A DNA stretch of 58,354 nucleotides from Vicinamibacterales bacterium (GTDB lineage: Bacteria > Acidobacteriota > Vicinamibacteria > Vicinamibacterales > JAMQPK01). The stretch lies in contig DATBJG010000321.1 of NCBI GenBank assembly GCA_036556585.1, forward strand, positions 1-58,354, given 5' to 3'. Positions 46,844 to 55,238 of the stretch are shown here, in pieces. A program made the position numbers and the translations under genes. Positions within the stretch are counted from its first letter, which is position 1. Each line of letters opens with the position of its first letter. The notes under the pieces are model-generated. The model worked only from the letters and a program-made list of their open reading frames with translations. It ran no database searches and was not told the DNA's origin.

Positions 46844-47194
46844 ATGACCTATCCCATCGACATCTGGCTTCGGGGCACCGATTATGCGACGACCCGTGAA
46901 AGCACGACGGCGTCGGAGCCTGCTGCCTGGACGGATGCCGATGTCGAAATCGTGCTGAAAGACATGCTGCGGGCGGTGGACCGCGAAAAAAATCCCAAGT
47001 CCGAGGAACGTCCGGTCTTTTTGCGCGGGTTCAGTTGGATCGTCAACCCCTACCAGGACGGCGGGGTCGTGATCGCCATCGAACTTCAGGCCGGAGCAGC
47101 AGTTGCAGGCCCGTTTGACATCGGTCGCCAGGAGCTCGAGCAGATGGTCACCCGGGTCATGACTCAGGGACAAGTCCCTCCGGGCGTGCACTAG
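46844..47194 (+). CDS. hypothetical protein (116 aa)
   Basis: ORF with protein-like composition. No motif recognised. Confidence 0.5.
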   Translation: MTYPIDIWLRGTDYATTRESTTASEPAAWTDADVEIVLKDMLRAVDREKNPKSEERPVFLRGFSWIVNPYQDGGVVIAIELQAGAAVAGPFDIGRQELEQMVTRVMTQGQVPPGVH

Positions 47195-47269
47195 CCACCC
47201 AACTTTCCGGGCTCCACTTCCGTCTAATCTCGCACATGACCACCTCGAGCGGGCTTTGTCAGGCCCCCC

Positions 47270-47319
47270 TTGACGGCACAGATGCTAAGAAAATAGCATA
47301 GTGCCAGTTTCTTAGCATC
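47270..47319 (+). promoter_or_regulatory. putative promoter (TTGACG-N18-TAGCAT) overlapping a perfect 12-nt inverted repeat GATGCTAAGAAA-N15-TTTCTTAGCATC
   Basis: Read directly. A third TAGCAT half-site lies in the spacer. AGGAG RBS and GTG start follow at 47332. Confidence 0.5.
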
Positions 47320-47331
47320 AGGAGCGCGACC

Positions 47332-47727
47332 GTGGCCAGGCCATCTCCAATCAGCCAGCTCAGCCGTCGTGAACGGCAAATCATGGACATCCTGTACCGC
47401 GATGGGAAAGCGACGGCCGCCGAAGTGCGATCGAGCCTCCCCGAGCCACCCAGCTATTCCGCCGTGCGGGCCATGTTGCGGATTCTCGAAGACAAGGGGC
47501 ATATCCGCCACGAAGAAGATGGCCCCCGATACGTCTACATGCCCATCGTCACTCGCGACAAGGCAAAGCGCTCGGCGCTGCGCCATGTCCTCAACACCTT
47601 TTTTGACGGCTCGGCGTCGCAGGTGCTCGCGGCGCTTTTCGAGATATCGCCACGGGACCTCGACGAGCAGGAACTCGCCCGTCTCCGTCGAATGATTGAC
47701 GCGGCCAAGAACAAGGAAGGGGAGTAG
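47332..47727 (+). CDS. BlaI/MecI/CopY family transcriptional repressor
   Basis: LSRRERQIMDILYRDGKATAAEV...YSAVRAMLRILEDKGHIRHEEDGPRYVY. Confidence 0.9.
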   Translation: MARPSPISQLSRRERQIMDILYRDGKATAAEVRSSLPEPPSYSAVRAMLRILEDKGHIRHEEDGPRYVYMPIVTRDKAKRSALRHVLNTFFDGSASQVLAALFEISPRDLDEQELARLRRMIDAAKNKEGE

Positions 47728-47729
47728 TC

Positions 47730-50249
47730 ATGTCGGCATCGCTCCTGTTACAGATCACCCTGAAGGTCTCGATTTTCCTTGCGATGGCGTGGCTCGCGAC
47801 ACGGGTCATGCGGCGCTCATCGGCGGCCGCCCGTCATTTCGTCTGGGCGACTGCCATTGTCGGGATTCTTCTCGTACCGGTGATGGTCCTCGTCGGGCCG
47901 GTGTGGAATCTGAGCGTGCTTCCGGCTGGCTCGGCTCTCGGGTCTGGGCGCTCGGCGCTCGTGGAATACGGACCCGAACCCCGCTCGCTCAGATCCGAGA
48001 GCCGAGCGCCCAGATCCGAAAGCCGAGCGCCCAGATCCGAGAGCCGAGAAACAGACCTTGGCACGGCTATGAGCTCACAGCCTTCGGGGCTAGGCATCGA
48101 GTTCCCCGAGAGCCGAGAGCCTGGATCCGAGAGCCGAGTGACCTGGCAACCAATGCTGATGGGTCTGTGGGCAGCTGGCGTCACCTTCGTGCTTCTCAGA
48201 TTGGGGATCGGCATCGTGTGGGTCTGCTGGATTGCACGTGGCGCGGAGCCCATTAAGGATGCCCCGTGGCTGACCATCCTGGACGAGGTGACCTCGACGC
48301 TCGGTATCCGAGAACGCGTATCGTTGCGGCGGAGCGACCGAACCACGGTGCCTGTCGCATGCGGGCTCTGGCGACCGACGCTGTTGATGTCCATGGATGC
48401 CGACGAGTGGTCAGCTGACCGGCGCCGCGTTGTTCTATTGCACGAGCTGGCGCACGTCAAACGGCGCGATTGCCGTCTGCAGGCGGTTGCCCAGCTCGCC
48501 TACGCCTGGCACTGGTTCAATCCTCTGGCGCACGTCGCGGTCGCGAAACTTCGCGCTGAGCAGGAGCGCGCCTGCGACGATCTCGTGCTTGCCGCAGGCA
48601 CCGATGGGCCGGCATACGCCGATCATCTCTTTGAAATTGCGCGGGCTTTTCGATTCGATCCGTTACCCCGATGGGCGATGCTGGCCATGGCCGCTCCCTC
48701 ACAACTGGAAGGTCGTGTTCTGGCAATTCTTGACGCTGGGCGACGCCGACACACGCCCAGCCGATTGGCTCGGACGATGGGTGCGGTTGTTGCGGCTGTT
48801 GCAGTGGTGTCGCTCGGCGCCTTCCGATTGTCGGCCGCCACCGCTGGTTCTTCAGTTGCCACGAATGAAACGGCCCAAAGTGTATTCCTTTCGGATGCTG
48901 CACAGGCCGATGTGGGCGTCACTGACTCACGGGGTGAGCCTGGCGTTCTGATCTATCCACCAGATGCGACGGTCATGTCGCCGCCCGATGTCGCGGCGCC
49001 TGACGTGGCGCTGCTTGCGGCGCAGGGTCCAAGAATAACCATAAGTCCCTGGGTCGACGGGCTGGCAGTTGAACCGCAATTTGATTTTCAGCCGCCGTTG
49101 CCGCCATTCGATATCGATCCCGACCCGAATCCGGACTTCGACTTCCAGTTCGACTTCAATTTCGACGGTCTGCCGCCCGTACCTCCAATGCCTCCGATTC
49201 CTCCGATGCCACCGATTCCTCCGATGCCACCGATCGCGGGATCGGTTGGTATCGCTAAGCCTCAGGCGGCTGATGCCGTGCCGGAAGAGACACGCCGCCG
49301 CGTGGCCGACGCGTTGAGTGTGGCGCTCAACGACGAGAACGAGCGGGTGCGCGAACAGGCAATTCAAGGGCTGGCCACGATGAGAGATCCGCGGGCTGTG
49401 CCTGCGCTCATCAAGGCACTGCAGAGCCGCGACGTGCGGCTTCGCCGTATTGCGGTTGGTTCACTCAGCCAGTTCGACACGCCTGAAGCGGCACAAGGAT
49501 TGGTGACGGCACTCAAAGACGAGAACCCAGACGTGCGCCGGCAGGCGATCTCGGCGCTTGGCCGTCGGCGCGATGACAAGTACGCCGACGCGCTCGTGAC
49601 GGCGATGCGTGATCAGAATCCGGACGTGCGCCGCCAGGCCGTCGCGGCGCTCGGCCGGAGCGGGCAGTCGGCAGCGGTCGTGACGGCGCTGGTTCAAGCT
49701 CTCAAAGATTCCGACGCCGACGTCCGTCAGCGTGCGGCAGCGTCGCTGGCCCGTACCCGATCGCCCGAAGCGGTGCCGGGGTTGATTGCGGCGCTCAAGG
49801 ACGCTGACCCGGAGGTTCGTCAGATGTCGGCCGTGGCGTTGGGCGCCATTGCGGATGCGCGCGCAATTGATGCGCTGACGGCCGCACTCAAAGATGCGGA
49901 CCCACGGGTGCGCGAACGGGCCGCGATCGCGTTGAGCCGGATTGCCCGCGGACAGCGGCGTGGAACGGGGCCCTTCCCGATCGCGGATTCCAATTTCAAG
50001 CAGCTTGAACACGAAATCGTGAGAGTCCAGCAGGTGGAGCTCGAAAAGGTCCACAAACAGCTGAGCAAGTGGCAGCTGGACTTTGGAAAGGGAAGCGCGT
50101 CAGCCTGGGATTCCGACTCCCTTGATCCACGCGAAATGGTGGATGCGGCCATGCGGCAGGCAGACAGGGCCTTCAAACAATACGAGGACAACTGGCGTCA
50201 CTTCGAACAGGACAAGGGCTTGCCGGAGCCTGGGACGAAGGGCCGCTGA
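47730..50249 (+). CDS. BlaR1-like M56 metalloprotease signal transducer with Pro-rich linker and C-terminal HEAT (PBS-lyase type) repeats
   Basis: N-terminal TM helices, VVLLHELAHVKRRD (HExxH), a later TM, PPVPPMPPIPPMPPIPPMPPI, then at least 7 repeats of the D..VR..A..ALG....A...L..ALKD type. Confidence 0.88.
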   Translation: MSASLLLQITLKVSIFLAMAWLATRVMRRSSAAARHFVWATAIVGILLVPVMVLVGPVWNLSVLPAGSALGSGRSALVEYGPEPRSLRSESRAPRSESRAPRSESRETDLGTAMSSQPSGLGIEFPESREPGSESRVTWQPMLMGLWAAGVTFVLLRLGIGIVWVCWIARGAEPIKDAPWLTILDEVTSTLGIRERVSLRRSDRTTVPVACGLWRPTLLMSMDADEWSADRRRVVLLHELAHVKRRDCRLQAVAQLAYAWHWFNPLAHVAVAKLRAEQERACDDLVLAAGTDGPAYADHLFEIARAFRFDPLPRWAMLAMAAPSQLEGRVLAILDAGRRRHTPSRLARTMGAVVAAVAVVSLGAFRLSAATAGSSVATNETAQSVFLSDAAQADVGVTDSRGEPGVLIYPPDATVMSPPDVAAPDVALLAAQGPRITISPWVDGLAVEPQFDFQPPLPPFDIDPDPNPDFDFQFDFNFDGLPPVPPMPPIPPMPPIPPMPPIAGSVGIAKPQAADAVPEETRRRVADALSVALNDENERVREQAIQGLATMRDPRAVPALIKALQSRDVRLRRIAVGSLSQFDTPEAAQGLVTALKDENPDVRRQAISALGRRRDDKYADALVTAMRDQNPDVRRQAVAALGRSGQSAAVVTALVQALKDSDADVRQRAAASLARTRSPEAVPGLIAALKDADPEVRQMSAVALGAIADARAIDALTAALKDADPRVRERAAIALSRIARGQRRGTGPFPIADSNFKQLEHEIVRVQQVELEKVHKQLSKWQLDFGKGSASAWDSDSLDPREMVDAAMRQADRAFKQYEDNWRHFEQDKGLPEPGTKGR
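47991..48053. repeat. in-frame heptamer array (3 x 21 nt: agatccg agagccg agcgccc) inside the BlaR1-like CDS
   Basis: Encodes RSESRAP RSESRAP RSESRET. Same CCGAGAG family as 86-155 and 531-642. Confidence 0.88.
48106..48140. repeat. second in-frame CCGAGAG heptamer array inside the BlaR1-like CDS
   Basis: ccgagag ccgagag cctggat ccgagag ccgagtg. Confidence 0.85.
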
Positions 50250-50264
50250 GCGGAAGGACCAACT

Positions 50265-51281
50265 ATGTGGCGTGCATATCTGGTCGTCGGCGCGCTGAGC
50301 CTCTTGTGCGTGTCCGGAACAGGCGAAGCGCAGATAAACCGGCCGCGTAGTACTCCGGCCGCCATCAACGAGCAGATTGCCGGACTCTCGGCATCAGATC
50401 CGGCAGCTCGTGCGCTGGCGGCGTGTTATCTGGGGGGCATGGGACGCCGTGCGGCGTCAGCCGTGCCGGCGCTCATGCGCCTTCTGGCTGATGCGACACC
50501 AGTCGATTGGGTTGCGTGCCACGGCGGTGGTTTTTGGACGTCGAATTTCAACGACCGAACGAAATCGTCCCCTGGTCTCGAAGCCTCCCGCGCTCTCGGC
50601 CTGATTGGTGAGGCATCGCTCGATTCCCTTTTGCAGATGGTGGGTCAGAGCAACCCGGTCATCCGCCGTCACGTCGCGCACGCGCTGGGCATCATTCGCC
50701 ATGAGCGAAGCCTGCCGCCGCTCCTCACGATGGCGAAGGACGCCGACACGCAAGTGCGAGCTGAAGCTGCAGCAGGGCTTGGCCGGCAGGGTGACGCGCG
50801 CGCATTCGATTCGCTCGTCGTGCTCACGCGCGACCCGGCCTCAGACGTCCGGCAGCAGGCGACGCGAGCGCTCGGTCAGTTGCGACAGAGCGACGTAGTC
50901 AAAGTCCTGGTGGACACGGTCAAAGACGCAGACGAAGCCGTTCGGTGGGAAGCCGTGGGCGCGCTCGGCCGCGTGCGCCACGATGAAACTGGCGGCGACG
51001 TGGTCTCAACGCTCATCACAGCGCTCGGAGATCGGTCTCCGTGGGTGCGTGAGCGTGCCGCCCAGGTCCTCGGCAGGTACCGGGACGAACGTGCGGTTCA
51101 GCCACTCGTGACGCTGCTGAAGGATGGCGATCCGGAGGTGCGTGAGGAGGCGGTGACCGCGCTGGGACGTTTTAGGGAATCCCAGGCCACCGATTCGCTG
51201 ATTACCGCTCTGAAAGATCCAGACGCCGGTGTGCGCGAGCGCGCAGCCCGTGCCTTGTCGCGAGGCCGCTATCGTCAATAA
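50265..51281 (+). CDS. secreted HEAT-repeat protein
   Basis: Signal peptide MWRAYLVVGALSLLCVSGTGEAQ, then repeats D..VR..A..ALG of the same type as the preceding gene. Confidence 0.85.
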   Translation: MWRAYLVVGALSLLCVSGTGEAQINRPRSTPAAINEQIAGLSASDPAARALAACYLGGMGRRAASAVPALMRLLADATPVDWVACHGGGFWTSNFNDRTKSSPGLEASRALGLIGEASLDSLLQMVGQSNPVIRRHVAHALGIIRHERSLPPLLTMAKDADTQVRAEAAAGLGRQGDARAFDSLVVLTRDPASDVRQQATRALGQLRQSDVVKVLVDTVKDADEAVRWEAVGALGRVRHDETGGDVVSTLITALGDRSPWVRERAAQVLGRYRDERAVQPLVTLLKDGDPEVREEAVTALGRFRESQATDSLITALKDPDAGVRERAARALSRGRYRQ

Positions 51282-51314
51282 CGAATCCGACCCCCGAATT
51301 CGACCCCCGAATCC
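51282..51314. repeat. GAATYCGACCCCC 13-mer x2 plus a partial unit (GAATCCC-related)
   Basis: gaatccgaccccc gaattcgaccccc gaatccc, filling the gap between convergent stops. Confidence 0.75.
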
Positions 51315-51319
51315 CTGCT

Positions 51320-52846
51320 CTACTTCACCCCTCCAGCCATCTTCCGGATGGGCCTGGCGAAGATCAGCAAGAGGAGCCCGAACCCGGCGGTAAACAAGCT
51401 GACGCTTTCGAAGAGTTGCGGCAGCGGTAATGTCTCGATGAGTCCCGCGACGCGTCCGGCCAGCAGGTTCCCGAGCGCGCTTCCCATGAACCAGACGCCC
51501 ATCATCTGACCAACGAAGCGCGGTGGTGAAAGTTTGGTGATGCTGCTTAGTCCAACCGGGCTCAGGCACAGCTCACCGGTCGTGTGCAGGAAGTACGTCA
51601 CCACGAGCCACGAAGGACTGACGAGGGATCCGCCGACCGCATAGGTCGATGCCCACGCCATGACGACAAACGAAAGTCCCAGCTGAATGAGGCCGTATGC
51701 GAACTTGGCAGGGATGGACGGGCTGCGCGTGCCAAGCCATAACCACAACGCGCTGAATGCCGGAGCAAAGAGGATGATGAAGAGCGCCGGGACCGATTGC
51801 AGCCAGCTGGCAGGCATTTCCCAGCCGAAGATGATGCGATCGGTCAGTCGCTCGGCAAAGAGATTCATCGAAGAGCCTGCCTGTTCGTAGCCCGACCAGA
51901 AGACCGCCGCCGACAGGAAGCACACGGCAATCACCCCGACGCGGCCGCGCTCGACTCCCGTCAGGCCCCCGAAAAACAGGAGATAGCAGATAAAGAGTCC
52001 CGCGAGGGCAACGATGAAGTACCCGGTGGCATCGACAAACCCCAGCAACGTGATCGCAATGAGGCCGGCCGACTGCAACCCGACGAGCAGCAGGACGATG
52101 CCCAGTACGGCGCCCACGCCGAGCGCCAGACTTCGCCACGCGCGAGCACGGCTATCCTGTGAGTGGGCGTCGGGTCTTGGCAGTCCGGCTTCCTTGAGAT
52201 GTTTTCCGCCAAGCGAGTACTGCACCAGGCCGAGCACCATTCCAATGCCCGCCGCGCTGAAACCAAGGTGCCAGTTGATGTTCTCGCCAAGAAAGCCGCA
52301 AATCAGAGGTCCGAGGAAGGCTCCCACGTTGATGCCCATGTAGTAGATCGAAAAGCCGGCGTCCCGCCGCGCGCCGCCTTCGGGATACAAATCGCCGACC
52401 ATCGCACTCACGTTAGGCTTCAGGAGACCTGTTCCAAGCACGATCAACATCAACCCGCCATAGAACGTCGTGATCGAGGGCACCGCCATGGTGAAGTGCC
52501 CGGCAGCAATGATGACGCCGCCAACGAAGACCGCGCGACGCTGACCGAGCAGCCGGTCCGCAATCCAGCCACCAGGCAGGGCCGACAGATAGACGGCGCC
52601 AGTATAGAGGCCATAAATCGCCGTAGCCGTGCCGTCGGTCATGCCCAATCCGCCAGTTGCAATGGCGTTGGTCATGAAGAGGACCAGGATCGCGCGCATC
52701 CCGTAGTAACTGAATCGTTCCCAGAGTTCCGTGAAGAAGAGCGTCGAAAGGCCCCGGGGATGCCCAAACCATTGCCGGTCCCGCGGCGCCGGAGGGGGCG
52801 GGACTACTCGTTGATCGAGTTCGAGATCGGCCAGCGTTCGTGCCAT
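51320..52846 (-). CDS. POT/PTR2 family proton-dependent oligopeptide transporter
   Basis: GHPRGLSTLFFTELWERFSYYGMRAIL signature, about 14 TM. Confidence 0.92.
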   Translation of the reverse strand: MARTLADLELDQRVVPPPPAPRDRQWFGHPRGLSTLFFTELWERFSYYGMRAILVLFMTNAIATGGLGMTDGTATAIYGLYTGAVYLSALPGGWIADRLLGQRRAVFVGGVIIAAGHFTMAVPSITTFYGGLMLIVLGTGLLKPNVSAMVGDLYPEGGARRDAGFSIYYMGINVGAFLGPLICGFLGENINWHLGFSAAGIGMVLGLVQYSLGGKHLKEAGLPRPDAHSQDSRARAWRSLALGVGAVLGIVLLLVGLQSAGLIAITLLGFVDATGYFIVALAGLFICYLLFFGGLTGVERGRVGVIAVCFLSAAVFWSGYEQAGSSMNLFAERLTDRIIFGWEMPASWLQSVPALFIILFAPAFSALWLWLGTRSPSIPAKFAYGLIQLGLSFVVMAWASTYAVGGSLVSPSWLVVTYFLHTTGELCLSPVGLSSITKLSPPRFVGQMMGVWFMGSALGNLLAGRVAGLIETLPLPQLFESVSLFTAGFGLLLLIFARPIRKMAGGVK

Positions 52847-52968
52847 TCAGCGTCCTTTTTGTCGAGTATAGCAAATAGCTTTCCAACGCCCGGGCCGATT
52901 TCGGCGTTGATTTCAAGTCGCATATGCCCAGCAGTGTCATCGTTGCGGTACGTCAGCACTCAGACATG

Positions 52969-52987
52969 AACTTTGTATTGCAAAGTT
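52969..52987. promoter_or_regulatory. palindrome AACTTTG-N5-CAAAGTT
   Basis: Read directly. Same ACTTTG-N5-CAAAGT core as 53992-54012. Confidence 0.4.
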
Positions 52988-53003
52988 ATGAACGAAAAAA
53001 AGG

Positions 53004-53396
53004 TCACGCAGGAACCCATCCGACCTTGCCCGGTGCCCGCACGATTTGGGAGGGGCGCACACCCTTCGGACGCGCGTCGCGAATGACACGCTCGAGTTCA
53101 GCCAGATACTCCACAAACCGTCGTCGTCCGTCGGTGGTGAGGCGATAGAGCGTTTGCGGTCGCTTTTTGTCGTAGCCCTTCCAGATTTCCACCAGTCCGG
53201 CTTCGCGAAGGACTTCCATGTGACGACTGAGATTGCCGTCGGTCAACGCACACAGCTGCTTCAGCTCGACGAAGAGGAGGCCGTCTGGCCTGGTGATGAG
53301 CGACGTCATGATGCCAAGACGAGCTTTCTCGTGCACGATCCGGTCGAGACCTTGGTACGCGTAACGACCGGTTGCGTGTTCCGTCTTCTTACGCAT
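53004..53396 (-). CDS. winged-helix transcriptional regulator (ArsR/PadR-like small wHTH)
   Basis: RIVHEKARLGIMTSL...FVELKQLCALTDGNLSRHMEVLREAGLVEIWKGY...TLYRLTTDGRRRF. Confidence 0.8.
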   Translation of the reverse strand: MRKKTEHATGRYAYQGLDRIVHEKARLGIMTSLITRPDGLLFVELKQLCALTDGNLSRHMEVLREAGLVEIWKGYDKKRPQTLYRLTTDGRRRFVEYLAELERVIRDARPKGVRPSQIVRAPGKVGWVPA

Positions 53397-54018
53397 CGAA
53401 CACCCTCTCCCGATTCCAGGTGAGCGCGGCTGCTGTACTCAGTTGGCCAACAGCAAATGTTCCACCCACCACCCAAGCGCTCGAGCTCCCTCGTCCGAGG
53501 AGGAGGAGCATTGCCCCTGCGGTGAGGTAATAGAGCGCGACCCATCCGGTCGTGCGGGGGAGGTAGGGGCGAGACGCAAAGATGCCCAGGCCGAAAACCA
53601 TCGCCCACAATCCGGGCAGAAACGGCGCAAGTCGAGTGTCGACGACACCGACCAATGTGATCACGACACCGGCTAGAAGGGCAGGGCCCAGCTGACCGAG
53701 GACGCGCCGCGTACGACGGCGGCCGTGTTCTGATTCCCACAGATAGTTCAGCACGGTACCAGACCCGGCGACCAAGCCGCCGAAGACGGCGACGATGCCC
53801 CAATACACCACCCAGGAGCGGACGTTGCCGCGCGGTACCAGGTACGGTTGAAACAGCGACCCGGCTGCACCACACATGCCCGAGAGGGCGACTGGCAGAG
53901 GACGATATCCTCGATAGATCTCAGTTTTGACGAGCTGCTGATGAATGGCCGAGATCTGATCGGCCGCGCTGCTGTAATCCACGGTGTTCAAATACTTTGC
54001 ATGACAAAGTATCGTCAA
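53389..54018 (-). CDS. hypothetical membrane protein (4-5 TM), co-transcribed with the wHTH regulator
   Basis: 8-nt overlap with the regulator gene. The first 12 track codons lie on a 21-nt palindrome, so GTG 53982 may be the real start. Confidence 0.6.
   Translation of the reverse strand: MTILCHAKYLNTVDYSSAADQISAIHQQLVKTEIYRGYRPLPVALSGMCGAAGSLFQPYLVPRGNVRSWVVYWGIVAVFGGLVAGSGTVLNYLWESEHGRRRTRRVLGQLGPALLAGVVITLVGVVDTRLAPFLPGLWAMVFGLGIFASRPYLPRTTGWVALYYLTAGAMLLLLGRGSSSAWVVGGTFAVGQLSTAAALTWNRERVFDA
53992..54012. promoter_or_regulatory. palindrome ATACTTTG-N5-CAAAGTAT (candidate operator of the wHTH regulator)
   Basis: Read directly. Lies in the divergent region between the membrane/wHTH operon and the DinB-like gene. 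Confidence 0.45.
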
Positions 54019-54043
54019 GTCAAGCCTGCTAGAATTCGGCGCG

Positions 54044-54538
54044 ATGCAAGCCTATTTGGACGATGTTATTGCTGAGTACAAGAAGCAGAAGCAACTGGCC
54101 GAGCGGGCCATCGCGCAAATTGGCAACGACGCCGACTTGTTTGTGCCGATGGGCGACGGTGAGAACTCGCTCGAGATGATTGTCAAGCATCTGGCTGGCA
54201 ACCTGCGGTCTCGCTGGACTGATTTCCTGACCACGGATGGCGAAAAGCCGACTCGACAGCGGGATGTCGAATTCGAACACGAGAAGGGTGAGACGCGTGT
54301 CTCGTTGTTGACTCGATGGTCGATTGGCTGGCGCGCGTTGTTCGAGACGCTCGAAAAGCTGACCCCGGACGATTTGTCACGGACGGTCTACATTCGAGGC
54401 GAGCCCCATACCGTCATCCAGGCGATCAATCGCAATCTCGCGCACACGGCGCATCACGTGGGTCAGATCGTGTTCCTGGCCAAGCACCTGACGGGCGATG
54501 GGTGGCGCACGCTCAGTATTCCGAGAAAGAAATCATAA
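54044..54538 (+). CDS. DinB-like protein (DUF1572 type)
   Basis: NSLEMIVKHLAGNLRSRWTDFLTTDGEKP.RQRDVEFE...AHTAHHVGQIVFLAK. Confidence 0.85.
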   Translation: MQAYLDDVIAEYKKQKQLAERAIAQIGNDADLFVPMGDGENSLEMIVKHLAGNLRSRWTDFLTTDGEKPTRQRDVEFEHEKGETRVSLLTRWSIGWRALFETLEKLTPDDLSRTVYIRGEPHTVIQAINRNLAHTAHHVGQIVFLAKHLTGDGWRTLSIPRKKS

Positions 54539-54979
54539 GTTCAGGTTGTTTCCCCGCGTCAGCCGCAGGACGACCAGCGCCATGAGGGAGAGCTGAACTG
54601 TGGCGGCCGCGGCAGCAATGAGGAGATCCCGAAGAAGTGCCCGAGGCCGGCTCAGGTCACCCAGCACACCGCTGAGGGCGAGGAGCAGTGCGGCGGGAAG
54701 ATAGAGCGATCCGATTGTGAATCCGGCCGCAGCGGCAAATGCAGCCGTGAGTCCGCAGGCCGCCCACACGAGGCTGGTCCTCCACGACATTTGCGTCACG
54801 ACGGTTCCCAGCACGATCACACCAACCAATCCCATTTCGAGCAGGTAATAGCGGACGAGAGAACTGGCGTAGATCGGGTTCGTGAGCCTGGGCCAGAACA
54901 AGAACCCGGGCACGATGGCCGCGAGTGAACCCGCAAGGCCCGTGACGAGTGACACATGACGGAAAGCGGCGCTCCACAT
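54533..54979 (-). CDS. hypothetical membrane protein (4 TM)
   Basis: Trimmed to MWSAAF. Entirely hydrophobic helices. No family recognised. Confidence 0.5.
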   Translation of the reverse strand: MWSAAFRHVSLVTGLAGSLAAIVPGFLFWPRLTNPIYASSLVRYYLLEMGLVGVIVLGTVVTQMSWRTSLVWAACGLTAAFAAAAGFTIGSLYLPAALLLALSGVLGDLSRPRALLRDLLIAAAAATVQLSLMALVVLRLTRGNNLNL

Positions 54980-55238
54980 TTGCGTCAAGGGTAGCACGCA
55001 GCTCCTTGCGGCTGGGTAGCCACTCGAGAACGGGTCGCGATGTCGCGGCTGTAAATTTTCGCATCTGCGTGTCTCAATTCCGAAGACGGCACGGGTCCCG
55101 GTGATACCCTCGGCAGAAGCCGTCGCATCGGTAACAGTCTGCGATTCTCTCACCTCGGCGACGTCTCGGCTCATCAGCTCGCCAACTGACTCTTCTAACA
55201 ACCTGGTTTCGGCACCGGTGATCGATGATCTGGACGCC

